The notes below the pieces were generated by a model that searched no databases, had not been told where the DNA came from, and saw only the letters and a list, made by a program, of their open reading frames with translations. DNA of 64,000 bases, taken from an uncultured Gammaproteobacteria bacterium. Its GTDB lineage: Bacteria > Pseudomonadota > Gammaproteobacteria > JAURND01. The position numbers were made by a program, and so were the translations under genes. Positions 29,582 to 39,973 of the stretch are shown one piece after another; the first letter of the stretch is position 1, and the number at the start of each line of letters is the position of its first letter. The DNA is taken from the NCBI GenBank assembly GCA_963714975.1, contig CAVQQD010000002.1, positions 992,001 to 1,056,000 of the forward strand, given 5' to 3'.

Positions 29582-29845
29582 ATGTCAAGACGAAATGAGC
29601 CGCGATGCGCTGCTCGGATGGGTGTTATGTTTTCGATATTGGCTACGCCATTTTTATTCGCTGATGTGAGTGAGGATCATCCTGATTTGCTAATGCCCGT
29701 TGGAGTAATCCTGGCTGCGATCGCAGCGATTGCTTTTCTGATAGCTTTTTTCCAGTTTTTATGCAGTTCTTGTGTGGAAGATGATAGTAGTGATGCCTCT
29801 ACAAACGATACTACGCACAATCACAGAACTTTCTTCTCCCACTGA
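29582..29845 (+). CDS. Small two-TM protein, tandem paralog 1
   Basis: GAGG SD; R.E..C.A, GV.L..IA..AF motifs; upstream ~110 bp shared with paralog 2. Confidence 0.7.
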   Translation: MSRRNEPRCAARMGVMFSILATPFLFADVSEDHPDLLMPVGVILAAIAAIAFLIAFFQFLCSSCVEDDSSDASTNDTTHNHRTFFSH

Positions 29846-29956
29846 AAGAAATGAGAACGATACGGCTGCGCTGAACGGCAAGAGGGTTCCATCAAGTCCC
29901 CTCTCCCCCCGTATAAACCAATCTTTTGGCTTGGCAAGAAAGTAATTTTCTTAACA

Positions 29957-29985
29957 TCTACGAAAATTTTACATTAATTAATGTA
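29957..29985. promoter_or_regulatory. CpxR-like box and palindrome, copy 2
   Basis: TCTAC-gaaaat-TTTAC; tacattaattaatgta. Confidence 0.5.
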
Positions 29986-30027
29986 TTTACTAACCTATGC
30001 TCACCGAAAATTAACGAGGTAATGATA

Positions 30028-30318
30028 ATGCCCATGAAGATACGAGATGATCTGCAAGCTACTGCTCTTGCACACTTGGTGGTGGGTGGTATATTTTCGA
30101 TACCTGCAACATATGTTTTAGTAGGTAGTGTACGTTCGGATGATTTTGCTGCTAGAGAGTGTGGAGTAGTCCTGGGTGTGATTGCAATGATTTTTTTTCT
30201 GGCAGCGCTGCGTTTTTGGATCACCAGCTTTCGTCACGAACGTAGTCAAACACCCCTATCCGACCCAGAAGAGTCGCAGTCTTCTTCCACTTGCGGGAGC
30301 GGGGGCAGAGATGTCTGA
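30028..30318 (+). CDS. Small two-TM protein, tandem paralog 2
   Basis: RDDLQATAL...FLAALRFWITSFRHER. Confidence 0.7.
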   Translation: MPMKIRDDLQATALAHLVVGGIFSIPATYVLVGSVRSDDFAARECGVVLGVIAMIFFLAALRFWITSFRHERSQTPLSDPEESQSSSTCGSGGRDV

Positions 30319-30436
30319 ATCACTTCCGCCAACAACATATATACCGCCGGCACCACAAGTAACGTAAACAAAGTGCCAATCGAAATACCTGTAGCAATAA
30401 CCAAGCCAATATTAAAACGGCTTACCGCACCCGCGC
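30317..30436 (-). pseudogene. 120-bp diverged copy of the RND permease 3' region (30953-31072)
   Basis: Encodes AGAVSRFNIGLVIATGISIGTLFTLLVVPAVYMLLAEVI vs AGAVSRYNIGLVIASGISIGTIFTLFVVPAVYMLLAEVI. Confidence 0.9.
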
Positions 30437-30437
30437 A

Positions 30438-30453
30438 TCTACGAAAGCTTTAC
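30438..30453. promoter_or_regulatory. CpxR-like box, copy 3
   Basis: TCTAC-gaaagc-TTTAC. Confidence 0.5.
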
Positions 30454-30508
30454 ATTAATTACTATATTTGTTACCCTATGTTCACCGAAAATTAATGAGG
30501 AAATGATA

Positions 30509-30877
30509 ATGACTACAATGCGCGATGAGCTGCAATGTAATGCTCTTGGAAGTTTTGGAGTGGGTACTGGATTTTCGTCGTTTGCTGCGCCAATTTTAGT
30601 AAAAGGTGTGCAGTGGGATGATCCTACTGTGATATTCTTCGGGGGAGTCTTTGGTGTAGCTGCAGCGCTTGCTTTTCTGACAGCGCTGGTTTTTTGGATC
30701 GCCAGCTTTTGTCACGAACGTAACCCAGAAGATAAAGGCGGCTTGGCAGTTGCGACTGGTGTTTTGTGGGGAGGAGATATTACCGCTGACAAAAGTTTCA
30801 GTTGCCTGGGGGGGGGAAGGGATGAGCGGGCGCCTCTGACGGGTGGTAATACTAATACTCTTGGGCCAAGGGGATAA
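30509..30877 (+). CDS. Small two-TM protein, tandem paralog 3
   Basis: RDELQCNAL...AFLTALVFWIASFCHER. Confidence 0.7.
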   Translation: MTTMRDELQCNALGSFGVGTGFSSFAAPILVKGVQWDDPTVIFFGGVFGVAAALAFLTALVFWIASFCHERNPEDKGGLAVATGVLWGGDITADKSFSCLGGGRDERAPLTGGNTNTLGPRG

Positions 30878-30895
30878 GCCTAGCGGGAAAAAGCA

Positions 30896-30928
30896 TTTAA
30901 ATCCCCCTTTTTCAAAGGGGGGATTTAA
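30896..30928. terminator. Family B hairpin between convergent genes; contains the RND stop codon
   Basis: ttaaatccccctt-ttc-aaagggggatttaa-type palindrome. Confidence 0.6.
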
Positions 30929-33900
30929 GCTCAGGAGAAGGTTCTGCCGCAGGAATCACTTCCGCTAGCAACATATATACTGCCGGCACCACAAATAAAG
31001 TAAAAATGGTGCCAATCGAAATACCCGAAGCAATGACTAAGCCAATATTATAACGGCTCACTGCACCCGCGCCGGTCGCTGTTAATAACGGCACTACTCC
31101 CAGCACCATGGAGGCCGTGGTCATTAAGATCGGGCGCAAACGAATTGCCGCTGCCATCTCAATCGCCTCGCGTTTGCTTTTTCCTTCCTTTTGCAAATCA
31201 TTGGCAAATTGCACCATTAAAATTCCATGTTTACTAATTAAGCCAATCAAAGTCACTAAACCCACTTCCGTATAGATATTTAAACTCGCACCACCTATTC
31301 CCAGAGAAATAAAAATCATCGCCCCACAAATCGACATCGGCACACTGATTAAAATAATCAAAGGGTCACGAAAACTTTCAAATAACGCCGCCAACGAAAG
31401 AAAAATAATCACTAGCGCGAAAATAAAAGTCACAATCAATGCCGTTCCTTCTTGGATATATTGGCGCGATTGTCCCGCGTAATCGACACTATAACCTGTA
31501 GGCAATAAATTTTTAGCAATTTTATTCAATGCCTCCAAGGCTTGGCCTTGGGTTACCCGCGGCCCTGGCACTGCGGATAGTGTCGCTGAATTTAATTGTT
31601 GGAAATGATTCAATGTTTCTGGCACCACACTATTTTTAAATTGAATAATGGTTGATAAGGGAATTTGACTACCATCAGCGGCATTAATGTAATAATTCCG
31701 CAACTGTTCTGCATTGAGACGCTCAGAATGCACCATCTGCGGAATGACCATATAGGATCGTCCAAAAAAATCAAAATAATTCACGAATTTTTCACTTAAA
31801 CTAGCCGCTAGCACATCACCCACCTGTTGCATGGTCAAACCTAATAACGACGCTTTATCTCGATCGATGATAATTGCTGTTTGTTGCTTATCCAGTTTCA
31901 AATCACTGTCCAAATACAGAAATAAACCAGTAGCTTTAGCTTGTGCCATCACTGCTTGCGCCACTTCATTTAAGGCACTATAAGGTTCAGTGGTTTGAAT
32001 TACAAATTGTACTGGCAAGCCACTACCTCCTCCAGGCAATGGCGGGCGTTGGAAGGCCGCTCCCTTAATACCCGCAATGCTATCTAGCATTTTTTGTGCG
32101 ATTGGGGTCATTTCCATCGCCGTGCGCTTGCGCAGATCCCAAGTCTTCAGGCCGTCACCCACCAAAGCAGTATTAAAGCCATTTAACCCCACTAAGGTAA
32201 AAGTCCGATCCGTTTCAGGAAAGGATAGGAAGCGCTTGGTGACTTCTCTGGCATAAAGTTGGGTCTGACCTAGATTCGCATTCGGTGCAGCCGTGATTTG
32301 GGTAATTAGAATACCCTGATCCTCGATGGGTGCTAGTTCTGATTTTGCTGTGCTATATAAAAAATAAATGCTAAGCAAAATTACGATGGCGAACACGACG
32401 GTGACGGGAAGATAATCTAAAGACCGATGTAAATAACGTTCATAGACGGTACGTAGCTTATGAAACTGATGATCAATATAGGTCACCAAGCGCTGCGAGG
32501 ATTGTTTTTGCTGCGCTGGCTTGAGTAATTTCGAACACATCATGGGCGAAAGGGTTAAGGCGACAACGGCCGAAATCGCCACTGCACCTGCTAAAGTAAA
32601 AGCAAACTCAGTGAACAAGGCACCGGTGAGTCCCCCCATAAAACCAATCGGCACATAAACGGCAATTAATACCACAGAAATCGCAATAATTGGGTTCGCT
32701 AATTCCCGAGCCCCTTGGAGCGCTGCTTCGATAGGCGACATCCCAGCACCGATATGGCGATCAATATTTTCGACTACAATAATCGCGTCATCGACCACTA
32801 AACCAATCGCTAATACAAAGGCTAGTAGAGTTAATAAATTAATTGTGTAACCAAACAATAACATGATAAAAAAAGCACCCACTAAAGACAGCGGAATAGC
32901 AATAGCAGGAATACTCACCGAACGAATCGACCCTAAAAAAAGAAAAATCACTGCTGCTACAATAAGCAGCGCTTCCACTAAAGAGCCTATAACTTCGTGA
33001 ATTGAGCTGTTCACATAGGCAGATGCGTCATAGACGATTTTCGCCTTTAAGCCTTGGGGTAATTGCTGCTCAATTGCGGGAAACATCGTCCGTATTTCTT
33101 GAATCACATTTAATAAATTGGCTTTAGGAGCAACCTTAATGCCAATATAAACAGCTGATTGGTTGTTGTAACTGACTTCGGTATTATAATTTTCTGCACC
33201 GAGACTGACAGTGGCGACATCTTTTAAGCGCACGATGGCGCCATTTTGGGCTTTGATAATTAAGTTACGAAATTCCTCCACACTGTGTAAGTCAGTGCTG
33301 GCATTTAGATTGACGGTAATCAACCGACCATCGGTGCGCCCAGCGGCTGAAACCAAGGCATTGGCGCCTAAGACTGAATAAATATCTTGTGCTGTCACCC
33401 CAAACGCCGCTAATTTCACAGGGTCTAACCAAGCGCGCAAGGCAAATAATTTTTGTCCAAGTATCTCCGCTTGTTGCACACCCTCGATAGCCTGTAACTT
33501 GGGTTGTACTACCCGCACTAAATAGTCGGTTACTTGATTATTTTTCAATACCGTGCTGTAAAAGCCCATATACAAAGAATCAATGGTTTCACCGACAGCG
33601 ACTGTGATCACTGGTAGTTGGGAATTTTTGGGCAATTGATTGAGCACGGCATTGACTTTGGTATTTATATTGCTCACCGCAATATTGGAATCATAATTAA
33701 GCAGCAGATTGACTTGAATTGTACTGGTATTTTGATTGCTGGTAGAGGTCATATAGTCGATACCATTGGCTTGGGCAATCGAATTTTCTAATGGAGTGGT
33801 CAGAAAGCCAGCTACCGTTTGCGGGTCTGCTCCATAATAAGTGGTAGAAACAGTCACTACCGCATTTTCGGTATAGGGAAATTGACGAACACTCAGCAAA

Positions 33901-33989
33901 CCCAGTGAACGTAGGCCGAGCGCTAAAATCAACAAACTGACCACTGTGGCTAGCACCGGGCGGCGAATGAAAATATCGGTTATTTTCAT
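30912..33989 (-). CDS. RND efflux permease (AcrB/MexW-like)
   Basis: FIRRPVLA, AIGLVVDDAIIVVENI, LTLSPMMC, RLRPILMT. Confidence 0.96.
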   Translation of the reverse strand: MKITDIFIRRPVLATVVSLLILALGLRSLGLLSVRQFPYTENAVVTVSTTYYGADPQTVAGFLTTPLENSIAQANGIDYMTSTSNQNTSTIQVNLLLNYDSNIAVSNINTKVNAVLNQLPKNSQLPVITVAVGETIDSLYMGFYSTVLKNNQVTDYLVRVVQPKLQAIEGVQQAEILGQKLFALRAWLDPVKLAAFGVTAQDIYSVLGANALVSAAGRTDGRLITVNLNASTDLHSVEEFRNLIIKAQNGAIVRLKDVATVSLGAENYNTEVSYNNQSAVYIGIKVAPKANLLNVIQEIRTMFPAIEQQLPQGLKAKIVYDASAYVNSSIHEVIGSLVEALLIVAAVIFLFLGSIRSVSIPAIAIPLSLVGAFFIMLLFGYTINLLTLLAFVLAIGLVVDDAIIVVENIDRHIGAGMSPIEAALQGARELANPIIAISVVLIAVYVPIGFMGGLTGALFTEFAFTLAGAVAISAVVALTLSPMMCSKLLKPAQQKQSSQRLVTYIDHQFHKLRTVYERYLHRSLDYLPVTVVFAIVILLSIYFLYSTAKSELAPIEDQGILITQITAAPNANLGQTQLYAREVTKRFLSFPETDRTFTLVGLNGFNTALVGDGLKTWDLRKRTAMEMTPIAQKMLDSIAGIKGAAFQRPPLPGGGSGLPVQFVIQTTEPYSALNEVAQAVMAQAKATGLFLYLDSDLKLDKQQTAIIIDRDKASLLGLTMQQVGDVLAASLSEKFVNYFDFFGRSYMVIPQMVHSERLNAEQLRNYYINAADGSQIPLSTIIQFKNSVVPETLNHFQQLNSATLSAVPGPRVTQGQALEALNKIAKNLLPTGYSVDYAGQSRQYIQEGTALIVTFIFALVIIFLSLAALFESFRDPLIILISVPMSICGAMIFISLGIGGASLNIYTEVGLVTLIGLISKHGILMVQFANDLQKEGKSKREAIEMAAAIRLRPILMTTASMVLGVVPLLTATGAGAVSRYNIGLVIASGISIGTIFTLFVVPAVYMLLAEVIPAAEPSPELKSPL

Positions 33990-35176
33990 GACTGCTTCGC
34001 TCCGGACTTGGAATTTTCACTAGAAGCTTCGCTAATGCTCACCGCTGAACCATTTCTGAGCTTAAGCTGACCCGCGGTGACCACCCGGTCTCCTGGTTTC
34101 AGTCCGCGCAAAATGGCGGTTTGTTCATCTCGAGTTTCGCCAACAGTGACGAAAGTTTGGGTCACTATCCACTTGGCCTTTCCATTAACTTCCCTCTCGG
34201 CATTACTCCTTCTCCCCTTGTGGGAGAAGGTGGCCGCAGGCCGGATGAGAGGTGAAGATTTCACTACATAGATTATTTCACCATAGGAATTAAAGCTGAC
34301 AGCCGTTTGTGGCACAGTCAAATAGGTTTGCGGCTTGCCAGTAGTAATAGTAACTGGCGCAAACATACCCGGTTTCAGTTCATATTTAGGATTAGGGAGA
34401 GTTGCTTCTATTTCCACATTACGCGTGGCAGTTTCTACCATGGGTTCAATCGTAGTAATTTTTCCCCGAAAAACTTTGTTAGGCACGCTGTCTGCTGCTA
34501 GGGTTACATTCTGTCCTACTGCTAATTTTTCCAGCATTTGCTGTGGTAAATAAAAATCGACATAAATGGGATCAAAGGATTGTAAATTGACAATCTTATC
34601 TCCTGGATTCAGATATTGGCCTGGATTGACCGCATTGACGCCTAAGCGCCCGCTAAAAGGAGCGCGAATAATTTTTTTATTTACCGTGGCTAGTTGCTGT
34701 GCTACTTGAGCTTGGGTGCTTTTTAAATTTGCAGTGTCGGTATCCAACACGGCTTTACTAACAGCTTGAATGGCATACTGAGCTTTGTCGCGGTTGTAAT
34801 TAATTTCCGCTAAAGTGGCCTGAGCTTGTAAGGAATGTAGCAAGGCAACATCAGTATCGATATTAAGTTCAACCAGTAATTCACCCTGTTTTACCTCAGC
34901 GCCTGGTTTAAAGTAAATGGTGCGGACCATGCCGGCTAATTCAGTAGTCACATTCACACCACGAATAGCCCGAACACTACCCACGGCCTTGAGGGTGGGC
35001 TGCCATTGGGTGTAGTGCGCTATTGCAGTTTCAACCGCAATCGGTTTTCCTGCTGCAGCTGCAGCAGCTCGGCCAGCAATATAGCCCGCAATGGCCTTAT
35101 AAATGAAAATAACGGTGAACAATGCTCCTAAACAAAGGAGCATTAACATCATCCTTTTTTTGATCCGCTCTTCCAA
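33986..35176 (-). CDS. RND periplasmic adaptor (MFP) with in-frame repeat insertion
   Basis: IRAPFSGRLG, LKPGMF, GLKPGDRVVTAGQLKL. Confidence 0.94.
   Translation of the reverse strand: MEERIKKRMMLMLLCLGALFTVIFIYKAIAGYIAGRAAAAAAGKPIAVETAIAHYTQWQPTLKAVGSVRAIRGVNVTTELAGMVRTIYFKPGAEVKQGELLVELNIDTDVALLHSLQAQATLAEINYNRDKAQYAIQAVSKAVLDTDTANLKSTQAQVAQQLATVNKKIIRAPFSGRLGVNAVNPGQYLNPGDKIVNLQSFDPIYVDFYLPQQMLEKLAVGQNVTLAADSVPNKVFRGKITTIEPMVETATRNVEIEATLPNPKYELKPGMFAPVTITTGKPQTYLTVPQTAVSFNSYGEIIYVVKSSPLIRPAATFSHKGRRSNAEREVNGKAKWIVTQTFVTVGETRDEQTAILRGLKPGDRVVTAGQLKLRNGSAVSISEASSENSKSGAKQS
34207..34252. repeat. Complete family A unit inside the MFP coding sequence
   Basis: tccttctccccttgtgggagaaggtggccgcaggccggatgagagg, encoding PLIRPAATFSHKGRRS. 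Confidence 0.9.
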
Positions 35177-35188
35177 AGCTGAAAATCC

Positions 35189-36721
35189 TTATATAAAATC
35201 TCCAATGATTTTTTCTAGCCCGCCTGCTTTTATTTCCGAGGGAGGTAACAAGGGCCGATTCCACCAACCACCGCCTAAGGCTTGAAATAAAGCAGCAGTA
35301 TCGATATAACGCTGCGCTTGGGCTTGAATTCTGGCAATCTTAGCTCTTTGGTATTGTAACTCAGCTAATAATAAGGTGGGATAATTGATTGCTCCCAAGG
35401 TAAATTGCTTACGACTAATATCCAAGCTCTTATAAGCGGATGCTTCAGCCTGGGCTTGCGCGCGCAATTCATAAGCATCCATTTCCACAGCACGCAAACT
35501 ATCGGCAACATTTTGAAATGCTTGCAGCACGGTTTGTTGGTATTGCGCGGCCGCTTGTTGATAGGCGGCAATAGCCGCCCGCCGTTGCGCAGAAAGCGTG
35601 CCCGCATCGAATAGAGTCTGCAACATTTGGAACATATAATTCCAATAGGTTGTGCGCTCCCGGAATAGATTCTTGAGTTGGGTCGCCTCAGTACCATACA
35701 CAGCGGTTAGAGTAAATTGTGGCAACATATTCGCGGTGGCCACGCCAATCTGGGCGTTGGCGGCATGCATTAGCGCTTCAGCTGCCTGTACGTCGGGCCG
35801 TTGCCGCACTAATGCCGAAGGAATGCTTAAGGGCAAGTGCCGAGGTAAATGCAGCTGATTCAAATCGAAATAAGGAATGCAGCTTTCACTGGGTAATTGA
35901 CCAATTAATGCCGCCAAAGCATTGCGCGTCTGGGTGAGGTTTTTCTCAAGGGGTGGCAGCATGGCGATGGTTTGCGCTAATAAGGTTTCTTGGGAATAAA
36001 CATCCGCTCCTGAAGCGCCCCCTAAGCTAAATTGGCCTTTAATAATTTTGAGCGTTTTTTCTTCGGCTTTGATCAATTCATGGGTCGCTTGAATTTGGGC
36101 CCGCAAAGAAGCTTCAGTGATAGCTGTGGTGACAATGTTTGCGGTTAAATTTAAATAAGTGGCTTCAAGTTCAAATTGTTGGAAATCCACCTGAGCGCCT
36201 AATGCCTCAAGCTGTCGCCGTATGCCACCGAATACATCGAAGGTGTAGCTCACATTAATTGCGGCATTAAAAAGGTTAAATTCAGTGGGTGCGACAGTGC
36301 TTTGACCTATCGTAGCCCCAGTAAAACGTTGTTTGCCAGCATTTGATTGCCCTGTTACCAAAGGCAGTAACATCCCCACCTCAGCGCGCAAATTTTCTTG
36401 CGCCACTCTTAATGCCGCTCGTGCCGCGGCAATAGTAGGATTATTGATAATTCCTTGTTCAATTAAAGCATTTAAGTCGGGTGAATGGAACAAGGCCCAC
36501 CATTGAGCTGGGATATCTTGGCAAGGGACAAAATATTGCGCCTGCCCACCAGGGGAGGCTGCGGTGGTGGTTTTGCGGGGTAATGGGGTTTCGGTATAGC
36601 GTTGCGGCTGAGGAGCTGGAGGCGGATGAAAGTTTGGCCCCGCCATACAACCGGCGATAAAGAGCACGAAAAAGAAGAGAAATTCAATGATTAGACCGCG
36701 GAATAAAGATTTTAAGTACAT
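35189..36721 (-). CDS. Outer-membrane efflux lipoprotein (NodT/TolC family)
   Basis: Lipobox IAGC, WWALF, RPDVQAAE, LFQALGGGW. Confidence 0.94.
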   Translation of the reverse strand: MYLKSLFRGLIIEFLFFFVLFIAGCMAGPNFHPPPAPQPQRYTETPLPRKTTTAASPGGQAQYFVPCQDIPAQWWALFHSPDLNALIEQGIINNPTIAAARAALRVAQENLRAEVGMLLPLVTGQSNAGKQRFTGATIGQSTVAPTEFNLFNAAINVSYTFDVFGGIRRQLEALGAQVDFQQFELEATYLNLTANIVTTAITEASLRAQIQATHELIKAEEKTLKIIKGQFSLGGASGADVYSQETLLAQTIAMLPPLEKNLTQTRNALAALIGQLPSESCIPYFDLNQLHLPRHLPLSIPSALVRQRPDVQAAEALMHAANAQIGVATANMLPQFTLTAVYGTEATQLKNLFRERTTYWNYMFQMLQTLFDAGTLSAQRRAAIAAYQQAAAQYQQTVLQAFQNVADSLRAVEMDAYELRAQAQAEASAYKSLDISRKQFTLGAINYPTLLLAELQYQRAKIARIQAQAQRYIDTAALFQALGGGWWNRPLLPPSEIKAGGLEKIIGDFI

Positions 36722-36828
36722 TCCTTGTAGACCCCTGAATCAAACCAAGGCCAAGTGTACCAAAAATGTTTACACAATAAAATTCTAGACATACAATTTC
36801 GCTGGTTAAAAGATTAATAATGAGGAAC

Positions 36829-37103
36829 ATGTCTATGACAAAGCGAGATGAGCTGAAATGTAATGCTTTTGGAGCTGCGACGGTTGGCGCAATGTTGCTT
36901 AGGGTTTGCAGCGACTGTTTGAGCTTTATGCTGGGACCATTCCGATGCGAAATGCTGGTTTGGGTTGTGGAATAACTTTAGGTGGGCTTGCGGTGCTTGC
37001 TTTCCTGGTAGCCCTGAGATTTTGGGTTGCCAATTTACGTGAGCAGCCTGATCCGCAAGATAAGTCTCTCCGCAAGCTTTTAGCTAAGGGATTTGGTTGC
37101 TAG
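36829..37103 (+). pseudogene. Small two-TM protein paralog 4, frameshifted near 36900
   Basis: GAGG SD, MSMTKRDELKCNAFG matches paralog 3 N-terminus; AFLVALRFWVANL continues in another frame. Confidence 0.75.
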
Positions 37104-37105
37104 AC

Positions 37106-37235
37106 CCTCTGTAGGGGAAAAAAATAATTTCCCCCCCACTCTCCGTCATCCCTCGCTTCGCTCGGGATGACGGAGAGCCAAGCTCCTCGGGATGACGGAG
37201 AGCCTAACCTCCCTTTTCCAAAGGGAGGGATTATT
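37106..37235. repeat. Family C units nested inside a family B element
   Basis: cctctgtaggggaaaaaaataatttcccc [ctctccgtcatccctcgcttcgctcgggatgacggagag ... ctcgggatgacggagag] cctcccttttccaaagggagg. Confidence 0.8.
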
Positions 37236-37267
37236 TAATCTAGGGAAGACAAGTCAAGGGCGCAGGG

Positions 37268-37846
37268 ATGAAACACATCGACAAAAAAACTAGCATTATT
37301 ATTTCCATTCTTTTTCCAGTGCTGATTGTAGCCTGGAACTTAGGCTTTGATCTTGGAGTTTTCGGTACTGTGTTGTATCGAAACTTAATGAATGCCTGGA
37401 TCTTTGTCACCGCCACTTTGATCACGACAGTTTACTTAAAGTGGCGCCACAAAATTTATGTCAATTTTTTTAGTTTTTTTCTGATCTTTCTTGGTACGTT
37501 ATGGCCTTTACTTGATTTTTTAGATCAACACGCTGAAAGCGACATTATCCATTATATGGTGGTAGCCTATTATGGCATTATGGCAATCTCCCTGGGATAT
37601 ACGCTCTATGTGTTTTTAAAATTGATTAAATATGACATCTTTGAACCACTGACCAAAACGCACTTAGTATTTGTTATTATCAGTGTTTTGGCCGTGGGCT
37701 TTTCTGGGTATCAATTGGGTTCACATCATTATCTTTTTCTAGCCTGTGGGCATTTTAGAATAAGCGGCGAGTTTATCCCCCCCAATTGTTATAAACACCC
37801 TTCTCATAATTTTCCTACCTTTTACCGCAAGGCATGGAAAAGTTGA
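37268..37846 (+). CDS. Hypothetical multi-TM membrane protein
   Basis: About five hydrophobic segments; 192-aa ORF. Confidence 0.7.
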   Translation: MKHIDKKTSIIISILFPVLIVAWNLGFDLGVFGTVLYRNLMNAWIFVTATLITTVYLKWRHKIYVNFFSFFLIFLGTLWPLLDFLDQHAESDIIHYMVVAYYGIMAISLGYTLYVFLKLIKYDIFEPLTKTHLVFVIISVLAVGFSGYQLGSHHYLFLACGHFRISGEFIPPNCYKHPSHNFPTFYRKAWKS

Positions 37847-37903
37847 AGTAATCAACCAAACCTCATAGAATCATGATCCCTTCATAGCCTAAGAGATGAA
37901 AAT

Positions 37904-39574
37904 ATGGCGCAATATATTTATACGATGCAAGATGTGGGCAAAATAGTCCCGCCTAAACGAGAAATTCTAAAAAAAATCTGGTTGTCATTTTATCCAGGAG
38001 CCAAAATTGGGGTATTAGGCTTCAATGGCTCAGGTAAATCCACATTGCTAAAAATCATGGCTGGTGTCGATAAAGATTACGAAGGTAAGGCATTTCCCCT
38101 CTCTGGAACTAAAATTGGCTATTTACACCAAGAACCGCAACTCGATCCTAAGAAAACGGTGCGAGGAAATATTGAAGAAGGCATGGGGGAAGAACTGAAA
38201 TTACTTGAACGCTTTGATGAAATTAGTCTGCGTTTCGCCGAGCCAATGAGTGAAGAAGAAATGACCCAATTATTGGATGAACAAGGGGAATTACAACAAA
38301 AAATTGACGCAGCTGGACTTTGGGAACTAGGCCACAAATTAGAAATTGCCGCAGATGCGTTGCGCTTGCCTCCCTGGGATGCCGAGGTCAGCAAACTCTC
38401 CGGGGGTGAACGACGTCGCGTGGCATTATGTCGTTTGTTACTTTCAAAGCCTGACATGCTCTTACTGGACGAACCGACTAATCACTTAGATGCTGAAAGT
38501 GTGGCCTGGCTGGAACGATTTCTCCATGATTACTCGGGTACGGTGGTCGCAGTAACTCATGATCGCTATTTTCTCGACAATGTGGCTGGCTGGATTTTGG
38601 AATTGGATCGAGGTGCGGGTATTCCCTATGAGGGAAATTATTCTGCCTGGTTAGAACAAAAAGAAAAACGTCTAGAACAAGAGCATCGCCAGAAAGAAGC
38701 CCATGCTAAATCCCTGCAAGCCGAATTAGAATGGGTTCGCAGTAACCCCAAGGGCCGCCAAGCTAAAAGTAAAGCCCGTCTTGCTCGCTTTGAAGAAATG
38801 AATTCTCGCGAATTTCAAAAACGCTCTGAAACGCAAGAGTTATATATCCCACCCGGTCCACGCTTAGGTAGTTTAGTTATTGAAGTCGAAAATTTGAGTA
38901 AAAAATTTGCTGATCGTTTATTATTTGAAAACTTGAGTTTTAATATGCCTCAAGGGGCTGTGGTTGGCATTATCGGTCCTAATGGCGCTGGAAAATCTAC
39001 CTTGTTTAAACTCCTGGTCAATCAAGAACAACCCGATAGTGGCAGCATTCGTCTCGGTGAAACTGTGCGATTAGCCTATGTGGATCAAAGCCGTGATTCT
39101 TTAGATGGGACTAAAACGGTGTGGCAAGAAATATCCAATGGTCAGGACTTATTAACCATCAATGACTATCAAATTCCTTCTCGCAATTATGTTGGGCGAT
39201 TTAATTTTAAAGGACCCGATCAGCAAAAATTCATTAAAGATCTTTCTGGCGGTGAACGCAATCGAGTGCATTTGGCAAAATTATTAAGCAGCGGCGGCAA
39301 TGTGTTATTGCTCGATGAACCCACCAATGATCTTGATGTGGAAACTCTCCGCGCCTTAGAGGAGGCGATTTTAAGTTTCCCAGGTAACGTGATGGTTATC
39401 TCTCACGACCGCTGGTTTTTAGATCGAATTTCTACTCACATTCTTGCTTTTGAAGAAGATAGCACTGTGACTTTCTTTGCCGGGAATTACACGGAATATG
39501 AACAAGATCGAATCCGGCGCTTAGGTGAGCAAGCCAAGCAACCGCATAGGGTGAAGTATAAGAAGCTGAAATAA
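37904..39574 (+). CDS. ettA: Energy-dependent translational throttle ABC-F protein
   Basis: [41 protein letters not shown]. Confidence 0.97.
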   Translation: MAQYIYTMQDVGKIVPPKREILKKIWLSFYPGAKIGVLGFNGSGKSTLLKIMAGVDKDYEGKAFPLSGTKIGYLHQEPQLDPKKTVRGNIEEGMGEELKLLERFDEISLRFAEPMSEEEMTQLLDEQGELQQKIDAAGLWELGHKLEIAADALRLPPWDAEVSKLSGGERRRVALCRLLLSKPDMLLLDEPTNHLDAESVAWLERFLHDYSGTVVAVTHDRYFLDNVAGWILELDRGAGIPYEGNYSAWLEQKEKRLEQEHRQKEAHAKSLQAELEWVRSNPKGRQAKSKARLARFEEMNSREFQKRSETQELYIPPGPRLGSLVIEVENLSKKFADRLLFENLSFNMPQGAVVGIIGPNGAGKSTLFKLLVNQEQPDSGSIRLGETVRLAYVDQSRDSLDGTKTVWQEISNGQDLLTINDYQIPSRNYVGRFNFKGPDQQKFIKDLSGGERNRVHLAKLLSSGGNVLLLDEPTNDLDVETLRALEEAILSFPGNVMVISHDRWFLDRISTHILAFEEDSTVTFFAGNYTEYEQDRIRRLGEQAKQPHRVKYKKLK

Positions 39575-39587
39575 CTTAGGACACAAT

Positions 39588-39703
39588 CCCTTCTCCCCTT
39601 GGGGAGAAGGTGCCGAAGGCGGATGAGAGTCTTTGCAATGGCTTTCAGCGTTTTGAAACACCCTCTCCCGCCTTCGGCACTCTCTCCCGCAAGCGGGAGA
39701 GTG
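39588..39703. repeat. Inverted doublet of family A units
   Basis: cccttctccccttggggagaaggtgccgaaggcgg ... ccgccttcggcactctctcccgcaagcgggagag. Confidence 0.85.
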
Positions 39704-39751
39704 GATTTCCGTGCCACACCACTCTCTTAATTTGGGAGTCATCTAGTTACA

Positions 39752-39973
39752 TTAAAGAAACACCTCTTCTAAGGTGGAAGCCTCAAAAATACGCTCACCC
39801 CACAACAATAAAGTTTCAGCACTTGCCTGTTGAATTCGCGCAAGATAATTAGCAGGTATATGAAGGAAACGACGCTGTAATTGGCGAATTAATAGCTTAG
39901 ATTCACCTTGCTGTATACCTTGTTTGATCCCCTTTTCAATACCAAGTCTCTCTGGAGTAGTAATATATCTCAT
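39752..39973 (-). CDS. Putative intragenic small protein (RpnS-type antitoxin), 73 aa
   Basis: In-frame ATG 39973 preceded by GAGGAGG at 39982-39988. Confidence 0.65.
   Translation of the reverse strand: MRYITTPERLGIEKGIKQGIQQGESKLLIRQLQRRFLHIPANYLARIQQASAETLLLWGERIFEASTLEEVFL

Noticed and set aside
30317-31072. 120-bp repeat pair as a DGR template/variable repeat
   Set aside because: Mismatches are not adenine-specific, are mostly synonymous, and there is no reverse transcriptase in the window
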